From the IMG/VR virus record IMGVR_UViG_3300025875_000045: DNA of 48,775 nucleotides; one strand, written 5' to 3'. Shown piece after piece: positions 40,459 to 48,187 of this stretch (position 1 is its first letter; each line of letters begins with the position of its first letter). Both the position numbers and the translations under genes were made by a program. Origin of the DNA: a virus. The notes under the pieces are model-generated. The model did not search any database. It was not told the origin of the DNA and was given only the letters and a program-made list of their open reading frames with translations.

Positions 40459-41402
40459 TGGGGGCAAATAGCGAGTTACAAATACAAATGAATGAGGAAT
40501 CTGTACAATCAGAGTACTATAACCTTATTGGTAGACTACAAAGAAAAGAAGAAACTTTATCTTATTCAAGTCTGAAAGAGTTTGGTAAATCCCCAAGGAA
40601 TTTTATATCTTATAAGTTAAGCCCTAGGCGTGAGCAATCAGAAAGTCAAATATTCGGGAGCTTAGTAGACTGTCTTATAACTGAACCTGAAAACTACGAT
40701 AAATTGTTTTGTATTGTGGATAATACCCCATCAACAGATAACCAAAAAGGTTTTTGTGCGGATGTGATTAATGGTGATGATTCTGAAACGGCTTTTAAGA
40801 AAAACTACTCAAGAGGTAAACATGAGGAACTAATGCAACAGTTTTCGGATTACATAGATGCTGTAAAATCTAATAAAACCTGCATAACTAATAAGACTAA
40901 AGAGGAAGCAGAAAAAATTGTAGAAGGATTAAAAAATAGTCCCTTAGTGATGCAGTATATAGATTCCTGTAATTTGTTTCAAAACAAAAGGGAGTGGTCG
41001 TATAAAGGATGGAAATTTAAAGGCTTTACCGATGCAGAAGGACATAGAATAATAATAGACTTAAAATATACCTCTAATGCAGACCCTGAAATGTTTGAAA
41101 GAGATATTATAAAGTATGATTACTTTATGCAGATGGGTATGTATGCAGCATCAGAAGAAGGATTGCCTGAATGTTTTTTTATAGCATACGATAAGACTGG
41201 AAATTATTCTGTAATTAAATTAGATTATACCCTTATAAGCTACGGGATAAGAAAGTACCAATACTTAGTAGAAAAGCTAAACCAATGTATAAAAGAAAAT
41301 AGGTTTAATGAAAGCTATAATTTTTTCGATGTTCAGTTAAGAACAGCATATAAACCAAAATGGGCAAAGGGATTTGAAACCGATGCTTTAGATGTAGAAT
41401 AA
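40458..41402 (+). CDS. PD-(D/E)XK-family exonuclease (314 aa)
   Basis: GFTDAEGHRIIIDLKYTS (D...D-x-K) and downstream QMGMY. It is paired with the ERF annealase. Confidence 0.6.
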   Translation: MGANSELQIQMNEESVQSEYYNLIGRLQRKEETLSYSSLKEFGKSPRNFISYKLSPRREQSESQIFGSLVDCLITEPENYDKLFCIVDNTPSTDNQKGFCADVINGDDSETAFKKNYSRGKHEELMQQFSDYIDAVKSNKTCITNKTKEEAEKIVEGLKNSPLVMQYIDSCNLFQNKREWSYKGWKFKGFTDAEGHRIIIDLKYTSNADPEMFERDIIKYDYFMQMGMYAASEEGLPECFFIAYDKTGNYSVIKLDYTLISYGIRKYQYLVEKLNQCIKENRFNESYNFFDVQLRTAYKPKWAKGFETDALDVE

Positions 41403-41429
41403 ACGTAAACAATTAAATAAACAATAAAC

Positions 41430-41693
41430 ATGAGTTCACTAATTAATTTATCAATCAAAGGAAAAGACGGTCAATACAAAAACTACACTTTATCAATTTC
41501 AGATGAAGCTAACGAATACGGTCAAAACGTATCTATGTATGTGGCACAAACCAAAGAACAGCGAGAAGCTAAAGAGAAACGCCAATATGTAGCCAACGGT
41601 GCAGTTGTTTGGACTGATGGTAACATTGTAGCAGCACCTAGGAAAGAAAGCGGTACACAGGCGCAAAATGATTTAGCTAGTGACTTGTTCTAG
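41430..41693 (+). CDS. Hypothetical protein (87 aa), possible ssDNA-binding protein
   Basis: Position after the annealase and exonuclease, and a C-terminal acidic/aromatic tip ...ASDLF reminiscent of SSB tails. The call is weak. Confidence 0.3.
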   Translation: MSSLINLSIKGKDGQYKNYTLSISDEANEYGQNVSMYVAQTKEQREAKEKRQYVANGAVVWTDGNIVAAPRKESGTQAQNDLASDLF

Positions 41694-41743
41694 CATAACC
41701 AAAAGCCCTCTTTAATCAGGGGGCTATTAAAACAAATAAAATT

Positions 41744-42832
41744 ATGAGAGATATAAACAGTTTGCAGCCGAATGAGGTTATTAAACTACAAGGTAGAAAA
41801 GAGACAAAAGCACTACAAAAACATGTGTTTTTTAAATTAACATCAGGGCATTACCTTGGTAAAAACGAGTGTGGATTTTATACTATTAGTGATGTTGAAA
41901 AGGTTGCAATTGTCCTACCCGCCTCCGACTTCATCAAACCAAAGCCTAAAAAAGCAACACAGGAATGGGTGAGGCAGGAAATAGCTAAATATTTGGATGT
42001 GAAAGAAAGTGAAAGTGCTGCTTCGGAACTTCAGGTTGGAAAGTGGTATTCTAGCCGAGATGGAGATTACTTGGTTTGTGTGAGTAGCTTATTAGGAGAG
42101 GATGAAGGACATTTTACTGCCTATGGCTTTTGGCATGGTGTGTGGCAGTTTAGTGATGCTGACTCAATGGATAACTTTAATAAAGATGCGGTATGGATTG
42201 AAGCCACATACAAAGAAGTTGAGGAAGCGTTAGTTAATGAGGCTAAAAAGAGGGGATACAAAGAGGGGGTTATTGTTAATCTAATTTCAAGAACTTCTGT
42301 TTGCGAAGGAGAGATAAGATATATAAAAAATTGGGTAGGCAATATCTCAGCTGTAGGTTTTGGTAATGATGTAATATTTAGACAAGATACTGGCAAGTGG
42401 GCTGAAATTATCCAACCCGAACTAACCGAACTACCTGAAAAATGGTGTGTTCAGGTTACATCTGATAATGTAGGTTTGCTAAGTGATTGGCGTGGAGACT
42501 ATGATTTAGAGGATGGAAAGTGTAAAGGATTTTTACATTCAAACAAGATTTGGCATGAGAGAGTTAGGAAGGAGTACACCCTCCTATCATTCGATGATTT
42601 TAAACGCCTTGTATTGGATAAAGAGGAAGTTATCGATTGGGGTAAGGCGGGGCAGTTGGTAACATCTGATATAGATATATTAATAACAACAGGAGATCAT
42701 GACGATGATAGTTTTCAGGGATGTATTGTAAGCGTATTCGGGAACAATGGGGGCAACACTATAGGTACTCTATTTAATCATATGCTTAAAAAACACTACA
42801 AACCCTACAAAGGAGAAGTATGTTTAAAATAA
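41744..42832 (+). CDS. Hypothetical protein (362 aa)
   Basis: Long ORF. No motif recognised. Confidence 0.6.
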   Translation: MRDINSLQPNEVIKLQGRKETKALQKHVFFKLTSGHYLGKNECGFYTISDVEKVAIVLPASDFIKPKPKKATQEWVRQEIAKYLDVKESESAASELQVGKWYSSRDGDYLVCVSSLLGEDEGHFTAYGFWHGVWQFSDADSMDNFNKDAVWIEATYKEVEEALVNEAKKRGYKEGVIVNLISRTSVCEGEIRYIKNWVGNISAVGFGNDVIFRQDTGKWAEIIQPELTELPEKWCVQVTSDNVGLLSDWRGDYDLEDGKCKGFLHSNKIWHERVRKEYTLLSFDDFKRLVLDKEEVIDWGKAGQLVTSDIDILITTGDHDDDSFQGCIVSVFGNNGGNTIGTLFNHMLKKHYKPYKGEVCLK

Positions 42833-42978
42833 AAACCAAGCCACGCAACCTAATGCGATATGAAAGCTATTACAGGCGATATAAGGAACGTTTAGAGGAT
42901 TATACGTGTATTGGTATAGTTTTGTGTATTGCGTTGTTTATAGCCGCTGTAATATTAATTAAAAATAAAGTAATATGA
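42820..42978 (+). CDS. Small tail-anchored membrane protein (52 aa)
   Basis: MFKIKTKPRNLMRYESYYRRYKERLEDYTCIGIVLCIALFIAAVILIKNKVI. ATGA overlap with the methyltransferase start. Confidence 0.35.
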   Translation: MFKIKTKPRNLMRYESYYRRYKERLEDYTCIGIVLCIALFIAAVILIKNKVI

Positions 42979-43595
42979 ACGTACTAGAATTATTTGCAGG
43001 AAGTAGAAGCATAGGTAAAACCGCTGAAAAATTAGGGATGAATGTTTTTTCTGTTGATTGGCATCCGTATGAGAATATAGATTTGTCTATAGATGTTGAA
43101 GAAATGAATATATTTAATGTTCCTTTTACTCCCGATATAGTATGGGCTTCACCTGACTGCACTACATACACTATTGCCGCCATAAGCCACCATAGAAACG
43201 GAACAGACCCAAAAAGCGATTACGCAAAAAAGTGTGACAATGTAAATCGTAACTTTATAGAAATGATTAAGGATTGGCTAAAGTTAAATCCTGATATGGT
43301 ATTCTTTATTGAAAACCCTAGGGGCATGCTTAGAAAAATGCCATTTACGCAAGAATTCAAAAGACACACAGTTTGGTATTGTCAATACGGAGATGATAGA
43401 GCTAAACCTACGGATATATGGACTAACTCAAAATCATGGGTTCCACGACATATGTGTAAAAACGGTAATCCTAATTGCCACCATGAACGTGCGCCACGCG
43501 GAAGCAAAACAGGAACGCAAGGTAAAAAAGGAAGTTATGAAAGAAGCCGAATACCTGAACAGTTATGCAATGAAATATTAACATCTTGCATATGA
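42975..43595 (+). CDS. Short C5-cytosine DNA methyltransferase-like protein (206 aa)
   Basis: Motif I LELFAGSRS, motif IV ASPDCTTYT (catalytic Cys), motif VI FIENPRG, motif VIII-like QYGDDRAKPT, C-terminal SRIPEQLCNEIL. A Cys/His cluster (CKNGNPNCHH) stands where a target-recognition domain would be. Confidence 0.6.
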   Translation: MNVLELFAGSRSIGKTAEKLGMNVFSVDWHPYENIDLSIDVEEMNIFNVPFTPDIVWASPDCTTYTIAAISHHRNGTDPKSDYAKKCDNVNRNFIEMIKDWLKLNPDMVFFIENPRGMLRKMPFTQEFKRHTVWYCQYGDDRAKPTDIWTNSKSWVPRHMCKNGNPNCHHERAPRGSKTGTQGKKGSYERSRIPEQLCNEILTSCI

Positions 43596-43669
43596 AAACA
43601 ATCCGAACAGTAGTTTATTTAATAACAATGATAGGCTTAGGGCTTATCGTAAGAAGCACGATGATATGA
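43592..43669 (+). CDS. Possible 25-aa hydrophobic peptide
   Basis: MKTIRTVVYLITMIGLGLIVRSTMI. ATGA overlaps with both neighbours. Confidence 0.3.
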   Translation: MKTIRTVVYLITMIGLGLIVRSTMI

Positions 43670-43872
43670 CTACCACAGAAATAAAAAAAGAATTGTATAA
43701 ACAAAAAACAGATGCAGACTATAACCATACATTAGATGGATTTAAATATTATTCCACACAAATAAAGATAGAGGGTAATGACAAGGTTATTATGTTTAAA
43801 ATACCGATTAAAGAAGCAGATTTTGAGGAAGTGGTTAAGTCGCAATTATTAATTAGATGGATTTGCATTTAA
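43666..43872 (+). CDS. Hypothetical protein (68 aa)
   Basis: ORF in the operon. Confidence 0.5.
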   Translation: MTTTEIKKELYKQKTDADYNHTLDGFKYYSTQIKIEGNDKVIMFKIPIKEADFEEVVKSQLLIRWICI

Positions 43873-43920
43873 AAATAATTAACTATCTTTACATCACTTT
43901 CATAATTCGATATTTGATTT

Positions 43921-43950
43921 AAGCCTCTGCATTCGTGTGGGGGCTTTTTT
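43921..43950 (+). terminator. Intrinsic terminator
   Basis: aagcctc (43921-43927) pairs with gggggctt, followed by tttttt. Confidence 0.55.
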
Positions 43951-43962
43951 AACCCAACAGAA

Positions 43963-44214
43963 ATGAATGAAAAACTAACATCAATAAAGAATATTTATCC
44001 ACAGTATTCTAATATTTTCGACACTGTAAATAATTGGCTAATTGCCCACCCTGACAATAAAGTTTCTTCTAACGTGTTTAGATCAGAAAAATATGGTTTT
44101 GATGTTGTAGATATACAAGTAGCTTTCTACATAATGAAACAATCAGAATTTCTATATGTAAGTTGGGAATACATAAACGGCTTCGAATTACCTGTATACG
44201 GTTTCAAACCTTAA
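43963..44214 (+). CDS. Hypothetical protein (83 aa)
   Basis: ORF after the terminator. Confidence 0.45.
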   Translation: MNEKLTSIKNIYPQYSNIFDTVNNWLIAHPDNKVSSNVFRSEKYGFDVVDIQVAFYIMKQSEFLYVSWEYINGFELPVYGFKP

Positions 44215-44303
44215 TAATATACATTGCTAGCATGTGTAGTATATGGTGATAGGGCTACTTTAAAAGGTAGCTCTTGCTGTTTTATAGGGGTATCGGTACA
44301 AGC

Positions 44304-44340
44304 TTTACCCTGCCCTCGGTAGTGCCGAGGGCAGGGTAAA
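44304..44340. other. Perfect 16-bp GC-rich hairpin between convergent modules
   Basis: tttaccctgccctcgg-tagtg-ccgagggcagggtaaa. There is no flanking T-tract on either strand. Confidence 0.8.
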
Positions 44341-44404
44341 ATAATACTATAGATAAAGACGATACTATTCAATATGCACTAGAAATGCCCCGATTTAGGG
44401 CATC

Positions 44405-44959
44405 TTAAAATATCTTAATCCCAACATCGGCACCCCATATCATAGTATCATTTAAGGGATTTATAGTAGCCCCAAACAGATATTTATCATTGGTGTATAG
44501 TAATCCTATATTACCTGATTTAAACGAAGTAGGAAGATTAAAATCATAATGCATCTTTAGCATAAGTCTGCCTTTTACAATACGCTTGCTTTCCTCTAGT
44601 TCTAACTGTTTTTTTGATAGCTCATCTATACTACTTGTTAGTGTAGATATAGTGTTAGACTGCTGCTGTATGGATTGTAAGCCTATTATGTTGCGTTGGG
44701 TTAGTCCCAGTATAATACTATCCTGTTTTCGTATTATATCCAATTGCTCCTTAACTACTAATCTTAACCTTTCCTCATTCTTAATGATACTAGCCACGTC
44801 AATAGCCTTTTCTTTGTCAAGCGTAACGGTTTCATTAATCAGGTTTGTAGTTACTTTTTGTGATAACATCTGCTGCGGTAGCAAAATCAAAATCGTAGTG
44901 AGGGTTAATAGCCTTACGATATTGGATAATATATTGCGGCTTGTAGTTTTTGAGTACAT
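44405..44959 (-). CDS. Secreted coiled-coil protein (184 aa) with a C-terminal beta-strand region ending in Phe; candidate outer-membrane spanin component
   Basis: Signal peptide LLTLTTILILLPQQMLS, no Cys anywhere, central heptad-like region, C-terminus RLMLKMHYDF..GNIGLLYTN..YLFGATINP..MIWGADVGIKIF. It overlaps the upstream ORF by 125 nt. Confidence 0.5.
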   Translation of the reverse strand: MYSKTTSRNILSNIVRLLTLTTILILLPQQMLSQKVTTNLINETVTLDKEKAIDVASIIKNEERLRLVVKEQLDIIRKQDSIILGLTQRNIIGLQSIQQQSNTISTLTSSIDELSKKQLELEESKRIVKGRLMLKMHYDFNLPTSFKSGNIGLLYTNDKYLFGATINPLNDTMIWGADVGIKIF

Positions 44960-45167
44960 CTGAATTGTATTGAATTAGTGATTGTACGGTATCTTTAAAA
45001 ACAACCTGTGCGCTATCTAGTTTTCTTTGCAGTTCTAACTTTTCATACTGTATAGTCTGTATTTTTAGATCTGTTTCGGTAGCTGATTCTTTCCGGTCAT
45101 AAACAAGCCATGCTATAACACCGGCCATTACTAAAATTACTATCCAATGCCAGTATTTAGCTATCAT
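44835..45167 (-). CDS. Candidate inner-membrane spanin component (110 aa)
   Basis: Start set at MIAKYWHWIVILVMAGVIAWLVY (N-terminal TM), 1 nt after the endolysin stop, followed by a coiled-coil-like region. Confidence 0.5.
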   Translation of the reverse strand: MIAKYWHWIVILVMAGVIAWLVYDRKESATETDLKIQTIQYEKLELQRKLDSAQVVFKDTVQSLIQYNSDVLKNYKPQYIIQYRKAINPHYDFDFATAADVITKSNYKPD

Positions 45168-45168
45168 A

Positions 45169-45558
45169 CTACCACCTAGCTTTTGTGCCTCGCCTGTCAT
45201 AATGAACAAACCCCGCATATATACCTATACCGCCCTGCTCCATTTTACCCTCTGCTATTAGTTTTTCAATAACAGCAGCTAGTTTTTTTGGTGTATAACT
45301 TTTAGCAGTTATATCTGCACCGTTAGCGGTTAAGTGTTGGCTATTAGGTGCGCCACCTACCTTTTTGTTATGTGTGGGCGTTCTGTACCCGCTTCCGCTT
45401 ACTAATACTGATTCCCCTATGTAATCCCTTAGTACTTGCAAGTTTTCAGCTACCTTAATTACATTGCACATATATTTAGCGGGGACGGGAGTACCGTCAT
45501 TACAGTCAAATTCTATTCTGCTAAAGTTTTTGGTTAGTTGTATATCTTGTTCTTTCAT
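45169..45558 (-). CDS. Endolysin, peptidase M15A family (129 aa)
   Basis: FSRIEFDC, SGYRTPTHNKKVGGAPNSQH, ANGADI, GGIGIYAGFVHYDRR (H-D-H zinc ligand pattern). Confidence 0.9.
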   Translation of the reverse strand: MKEQDIQLTKNFSRIEFDCNDGTPVPAKYMCNVIKVAENLQVLRDYIGESVLVSGSGYRTPTHNKKVGGAPNSQHLTANGADITAKSYTPKKLAAVIEKLIAEGKMEQGGIGIYAGFVHYDRRGTKARW

Positions 45559-45561
45559 ATA

Positions 45562-45930
45562 TTATTTAATTTCGTGTTTATAAGCCCTGTGAAATAACGT
45601 AAGTATCAAAGGTACGAAAAACCCAAATATACACGCACTGGCTATAATTGTGTATTCACGCCTTATCCTAACCATGCCTTCGTATAACTGCGATAGCAAG
45701 CCTAAACTAAGGAACAGTAGCAACCATGCCACCACTAAGCAGTATAGGTAATGTTTGTGAAGCATAAGCCAATCCACACAGCTTCTGTCTTTATGGAATA
45801 CTAATCGGGCAAAGCATTTATATACGCTAAATTTCATTTTCCCAACTATCCACATTAATGCTAGGGCTAAAGCCCAAATAGTTAAAACGTTTACAAGATG
45901 TAATACTTCAAATCCTGTCATCTTTGGCAA
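45562..45930 (-). CDS. Multi-pass small membrane protein (122 aa)
   Basis: About four hydrophobic segments, in the lysis cassette. Confidence 0.5.
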   Translation of the reverse strand: MPKMTGFEVLHLVNVLTIWALALALMWIVGKMKFSVYKCFARLVFHKDRSCVDWLMLHKHYLYCLVVAWLLLFLSLGLLSQLYEGMVRIRREYTIIASACIFGFFVPLILTLFHRAYKHEIK

Positions 45931-46282
45931 TTAAATTGTTAATCCATCTTTTAGCGTATGCTTTAAATCCCATTTCGATAAGTTTTATACCCTCGTTTAC
46001 AATCTCGGCTGATATTATAGCTACTATCGCTATTGTGTATATTATATTGCTTGCAATTTTATAGTCACGCCATACATAAACAACAAAGTAACACAGTACA
46101 CAAGCATATACAGACCTTTCTATGCAGTTTTTAAACGTTAAGGTATTCCTGCTCCAATTGAATACAAAGCGAACGCTTAAACCCATTAAAAGAGCTATTA
46201 CAATCTCCAAGGTTATTTTAGGCAAATTGGTTTCTATAGCCAAAAGTAGAAATAGTAAACCCGTGATTGTAAATTTTAGCAT
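45908..46282 (-). CDS. Multi-pass small membrane protein (124 aa)
   Basis: About four hydrophobic segments. Confidence 0.5.
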   Translation of the reverse strand: MLKFTITGLLFLLLAIETNLPKITLEIVIALLMGLSVRFVFNWSRNTLTFKNCIERSVYACVLCYFVVYVWRDYKIASNIIYTIAIVAIISAEIVNEGIKLIEMGFKAYAKRWINNLIAKDDRI

Positions 46283-46286
46283 TAAT

Positions 46287-46694
46287 TTATCTATTAATCA
46301 GACTTCTAACCGTTAATATAACAAATGTAACATAAATTATTGAACTAAAGGCATAAAAGTAAATGTCTGGCTCACACTCGCATAATAGGTAAATAGTATT
46401 TAATACCCACAACCCGAATAAACAGGATAGTGATACTTTACTTACAAATCTAAAATGCTTTGATACAGCGAAAAGAAGCAACAATAATGTAAGTGAACAA
46501 TCGAAAAGGGATCTAAGTACAGCGTCTAATTTGTATAGCCATTCAGGAAAGCCACAATAACAAGTAAGTATAAACATACCGTAAGCCGTTCCATGTATCA
46601 TTAGCAACAACACGGGCACAATTTCTATAAATGAAAAAAGCAGGGTTCGCACCTGCTTTAATCGCTCTATAACCAAACCAATAAAATTACTCAT
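46287..46694 (-). CDS. Multi-pass small membrane protein (135 aa)
   Basis: About four hydrophobic segments. Confidence 0.5.
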   Translation of the reverse strand: MSNFIGLVIERLKQVRTLLFSFIEIVPVLLLMIHGTAYGMFILTCYCGFPEWLYKLDAVLRSLFDCSLTLLLLLFAVSKHFRFVSKVSLSCLFGLWVLNTIYLLCECEPDIYFYAFSSIIYVTFVILTVRSLINR

Positions 46695-46975
46695 TATCTA
46701 GGAAACATTTTTTTCTTTTTAGTGTAAACGGGAAAAGTACCGTTCCACTCAACTAAGAACATATCATTGTTTTGTGCCTCGGTAATGTTTACCCCTATGT
46801 AGTTAACAGGGTCTAAATTATCAGATGCAATATCATCATAAGTATAGAAATGCAAGTCAGTTGAATTCCTGAAAGCTGGCAAATTTCTTTTCGCTAGGTC
46901 TGTTGCGTTTTCCTCATTAATCTGTGCTACGCTGTATGTACTCATTATTTGGGGTTTCTTTTTAGGTTGTTTCAT
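46694..46975 (-). CDS. Hypothetical soluble protein (93 aa)
   Basis: ORF between the membrane-protein genes. Confidence 0.5.
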   Translation of the reverse strand: MKQPKKKPQIMSTYSVAQINEENATDLAKRNLPAFRNSTDLHFYTYDDIASDNLDPVNYIGVNITEAQNNDMFLVEWNGTFPVYTKKKKMFPR

Positions 46976-47198
46976 TTTGCTTTTTTGTTAACTCTTGTAT
47001 TGTGTCATCTTTCTTTGATGAGCCTGTGTTACTTCCGAAGTAGTAACCTAATGCAGTAGTCATTGATCCTACTATAGCAATTATAATTTGATCGTTGGGC
47101 TTCACGTTAAGGAACGTACTTAAAAAGAAGTATGCAAACCCTAATATAACTACTAGCATTGCTAATATAGCCTTTATGTGGTCTGCAAGGTACTTCAT
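46962..47198 (-). CDS. Holin-like small membrane protein (78 aa)
   Basis: Two TM segments plus a charged C-terminus (SSKKDDTIQELTKKQNETT). Confidence 0.45.
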   Translation of the reverse strand: MKYLADHIKAILAMLVVILGFAYFFLSTFLNVKPNDQIIIAIVGSMTTALGYYFGSNTGSSKKDDTIQELTKKQNETT

Positions 47199-47488
47199 TA
47201 TTTAACTAATAAGGCCGTGGTAACTATTGCTACTAAAGCCACGGTTAAATCAGTAAGACTTATTACTCCTTTGCTTATTTTCATCTGAACATACTCTACC
47301 ATATAAGCTACTAAGAACACACAAACGCCTGCAAACAGCTTAGGTAGTTGCAACATTTCTTCTAAGTTCATCCATCTTACCAAATAGAACACCGCCAAAA
47401 AACCTGCTACACAACCCATAAGGTGGTATATAGTTTTCTTATCCCAAGGGCTATCCCATTTATATATTACTGTTTTATTTGTGCTCAT
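47198..47488 (-). CDS. Small membrane protein (96 aa), holin candidate
   Basis: Three hydrophobic segments. Confidence 0.45.
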   Translation of the reverse strand: MSTNKTVIYKWDSPWDKKTIYHLMGCVAGFLAVFYLVRWMNLEEMLQLPKLFAGVCVFLVAYMVEYVQMKISKGVISLTDLTVALVAIVTTALLVK

Positions 47489-47615
47489 GCCTATTGTTTA
47501 TTTTATTAGCATCAGTAATACATCTAGCACAGCTAAAAGTTAGAGAAGCCAATATCACAAAGGCGGCTATGAACCGCCCTATTGTGTTTAATACCTCTTT
47601 TGTTTTTGCATCCAT
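47475..47615 (-). CDS. Possible 46-aa membrane peptide
   Basis: MDAKTKEVLNTIGRFIAAFVILASLTFSCARCITDANKINNRHEHK. A TATATTTG box ends 4 nt upstream of the ATG. Confidence 0.3.
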   Translation of the reverse strand: MDAKTKEVLNTIGRFIAAFVILASLTFSCARCITDANKINNRHEHK

Positions 47616-47648
47616 GTACCAAATATACTAATTTTTTGTTAAGTTGTG

Positions 47649-48185
47649 TTATTGTTGTATTAAAACAGCGGTATTATTTACGGTTATATTTCCAACTCCT
47701 AACAGTGTGTCACTTAACCTTAACTGAAACCTAACACCGTTATTCCTTATGCTATTGCTTAAGTACATCGAAATAGGGCGTTCTATATTCATGACAGCAC
47801 CAACTTTCATAGCTACATAGGTAATATCTGCATACCCTCCAGACGTAGGAAAAGGGAAAGATGTGTCAACACCTGCACCCCCTCCATTAGGCACTACCAT
47901 ACGATACTGCAAAGTAACACCCGTTCCCACAATGGTAGATGTAACTTTCATGTAAAGAGTAACGTTATAATTTACATCGTATTGCTCATAAAATCTAAAA
48001 AGGCTATTAGCTGTATCATAATGCACTAACGGATTATTACTGTTAGGATCTTTACCGAATGTATTAACGTTAAGAGGCTCTACACCGTTTAATATTACTG
48101 TTTGCCATGTAGTACTCAAAACTAAATCGGTAGTCCTGCTAACTCTTAATCTAGGCTGGTTTACGCCTTGTTGTGTTGATGCCAT
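47649..48185 (-). CDS. Hypothetical beta-rich structural protein (178 aa) downstream of the tail fiber
   Basis: Position and beta-sandwich-like composition. Confidence 0.4.
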   Translation of the reverse strand: MASTQQGVNQPRLRVSRTTDLVLSTTWQTVILNGVEPLNVNTFGKDPNSNNPLVHYDTANSLFRFYEQYDVNYNVTLYMKVTSTIVGTGVTLQYRMVVPNGGGAGVDTSFPFPTSGGYADITYVAMKVGAVMNIERPISMYLSNSIRNNGVRFQLRLSDTLLGVGNITVNNTAVLIQQ

Positions 48186-48187
48186 AA

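Noticed and set aside
41697-41731. Hairpin agccctc-tttaatca-gggggct as a terminator inside the rightward operon
   Set aside because: There is no T-tract on the plus strand. The only T-run (ttttgg) follows on the minus strand, where no gene needs terminating. It is a weak and ambiguous signal.
43309-43581. Plus-strand ORF 43309..43581, nested in another frame of the C5-methyltransferase gene
   Set aside because: The methyltransferase motifs run continuously through this region in the main frame, and the nested ORF shows no independent signal.
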